Assembly (NCBI RefSeq): GCF_033153115.1
Contig: NW_026889763.1
Location: 17,422,001 to 17,486,000, forward strand
DNA length: 64,000 bases
Reading direction: 5' to 3'
From: Saccostrea echinata
Taxonomy: Eukaryota
The translations under genes were made by a program, and so were the position numbers. Below are positions 61,861 to 64,000 of the stretch, in pieces; positions within the stretch are counted from its first letter, which is position 1; each line of letters starts with the position of its first letter. The notes under the pieces are model-generated. The model did no database searches. It was not told the origin of the DNA and worked only from the letters and a program-made list of their open reading frames with translations.

Positions 61861-63693
61861 TGTTCACAGTCATACAGAAATCTTGACCTATAGTCCTCTC
61901 CTTTGGTTGAGTGACCTCATAATCTACAGGTGTCCACCTCAACCTGTGCTTGTTAGCTACAAACATGATATATGCTGAAAGGAATTTGGGTACCTCACAT
62001 CACATAAACTGAAGATGGATGAAAAGTGACAATGTGAGATAACTTAGAAGCACAAGAATTTCCATGTCAGCCTCAGACACTGAACAAGAGAACTGCCAAG
62101 TGCAATGTATACTGTTGATGGATTGTTAAGAGATAAAGCTAAATTTTCTTCCAAAGTAAAACAGAAAACAGAATGTATAATTCAGTGTTGTGTTAATCTG
62201 CCAGAACATGTCTAAAAGATAAGAATAGCTTGTTCTCAGGTCATTGCTGCTAGGAAAAATTTATATCTCCATGAGTTACAAGTACACAGATTAAACCACA
62301 GGTACATTCTAGGAATTAGCTGTCAACAACAATAAACAGGGAAGTCTTGTACTCCAAAAAACATTTCTAAAATTCTCAGATGTGTGTGAGTTGTATTTAC
62401 TATTTTTGACATTTTGAGATATTATAAATAAACTCTTATTGGAACAATTCATGCATCAGAGATTATTAAGCATCGCATATATTCCTTCACATCAAGGGTT
62501 ATCATATATTACATATCACAGTTTGTATTATACATTGTACTCCAAAAAATGAAATCACACACAAGTCTGTTACATGCAAGTGCACCAAATTCTTTTTTTT
62601 CTCCATATCATATTCTGAACTGAGGTGTCAGATACAAACTAAACTACTGAAAACTGTCAAAAAACTACCCCTGAAAAACTGTCAAAAATTATATAGGGTC
62701 CTCCATTTTGTGTAATACTAAATCTTTGCACAGGTTATATCCTCAATTTAATTAAGAAACATGTTTATTTAAATCTTTCACTTATGCATGTAAAAAAAGT
62801 AAAATATAGCTGAGCTCCTGCATCACTTAAAAATATGTTCATTGGAGATAAATATTATTACTATATAGTTATTAACAGTCCTATACAATCTATACAAATG
62901 CTTAATAACACTAAATATTCACTGGATTTGATGCTGTATTCACCGTAGGGTCAGTGCCCGTGAAGCGACCATTGGGACATCACAAACAACACCTCAGATA
63001 TTCTTGTACATGTAAACATAGGTGGCAAAAGCTGGGCTCGCCTGTGTATCTAAGCAGGAAAAATTCAGGCAAGCCTATTGCTGGATTATTATTCAAATAT
63101 ATCGTTGTGAAATGATGTCTTTCACACTATGAACATGATGAAAGGAAATCACAGAAGTTAATTATAACTCGTAATCTGGACATTTTTTAATCTCTCCAAT
63201 ACAGTTCGTTTATGAAAATGGAGAGGTCATTTTGGATGGGTATCGATTTCGTATTGCGATATATCATGATTTTCCCCTAAAATATCATGATATTTCTATA
63301 AGCAGCTTTTACTATGATTTTAAATAAATATTCATAATTTTTCCTAAAAATATGCTGGAAAAACATATTTTCACTTTTTTCATTTTTTTTTAATTACATT
63401 GTAAAGCATGTCTGGATGCTAGGATGCCATTCTTTTACAGTTTTCAATATTTTTTACACATCTTGTAATTGTAATTTAAATATTTGAACAAATAAATGAA
63501 TAATTTCTGGAATTCACTATTATGTTCCTAAATACCAGTATGTTAGTTTCTATATCACGATACGTATCATGCAATCAAAATCACGATATACAGATAAAAT
63601 CGCACATCCCTTAGTCGTCATGCAGCCTCAGCGTCTTATTCATTCAAGTCCAGACTAGACAATAAAACAATTATGGACTCCTTTGATATTAAA

Positions 63694-63844
63694 TATGGTA
63701 ATTATGGACTCTTGGTGGTGAATATGGTTTGGTATTCACCAGAAAAATATCAGTATTGACCTTGGCTTTGCCTCCGTCAATAATGAGATTTTTTTCTGGT
63801 GAATAACAAACCACATTCAACACCAAAAGAGTATAATACCATTT
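63694..63844. mobile_element. ~150-bp palindromic MITE
   Basis: ggtgaatatggtttggtattcaccagaaaaa / tttttctggtgaataacaaaccacattcaacacc with inner tattgac...gtcaata. Confidence 0.75.
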
Positions 63845-64000
63845 GTAAATTTAAGATATAAATCGGGATTGACCTCAAATTTCAAAATGCCAACCACATT
63901 GGAGGGAAGATGTAAATGTTTACATACTTAGTTACCACTTAGCATCACATGTAATTATGCTAGCTTAATATTTACATAATCTGATGGTGTTTTCTCCATA

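Noticed and set aside
63930-64000. Possible upstream PDK exon at the window edge
   Set aside because: The translation does not match the expected ELPVRLAN...PSV...W segment.

Overview
AT-rich, repeat-dense eukaryotic DNA with spliceosomal introns, not prokaryotic. The repeat families suggest a bivalve, most likely an oyster (inference). All recognisable host genes lie on the minus strand: a carbohydrate sulfotransferase (about 7.6-10.5 kb), a collagen+C1q-domain gene (12.7-14.7 kb), two intact TLR genes with intronless CDSs (16.5-19.1 and 32.9-35.5 kb), a shattered third TLR copy (about 39.9-44.0 kb), and the last 10 coding exons of pyruvate dehydrogenase kinase (51.8-60.9 kb). Mobile DNA includes a Bel/Pao LTR remnant, several 5'-truncated Penelope-like (Naiad-type) RT copies, tRNA-derived SINEs, Helentron-associated (HINE-like) elements, many MITEs and a 37-bp minisatellite. 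The most notable observations are: (1) a tandem pair of minimal type I hammerhead ribozymes 347 nt apart, sense-oriented inside the TLR pseudogene; (2) a 786-bp fold-back element starting 12 nt after the TLR-B stop codon and carrying its own AATAAA; (3) TLR-B has an altered BB-loop and an E-to-Q change in the TIR domain relative to TLR-A; (4) two independent tandem arrays of exon-end plus splice donor in PDK; (5) a conserved structured motif at the 3' end of the Naiad-like copies. All coordinates and splice sites were read by eye and may be off by a few bases; no database searches were run.
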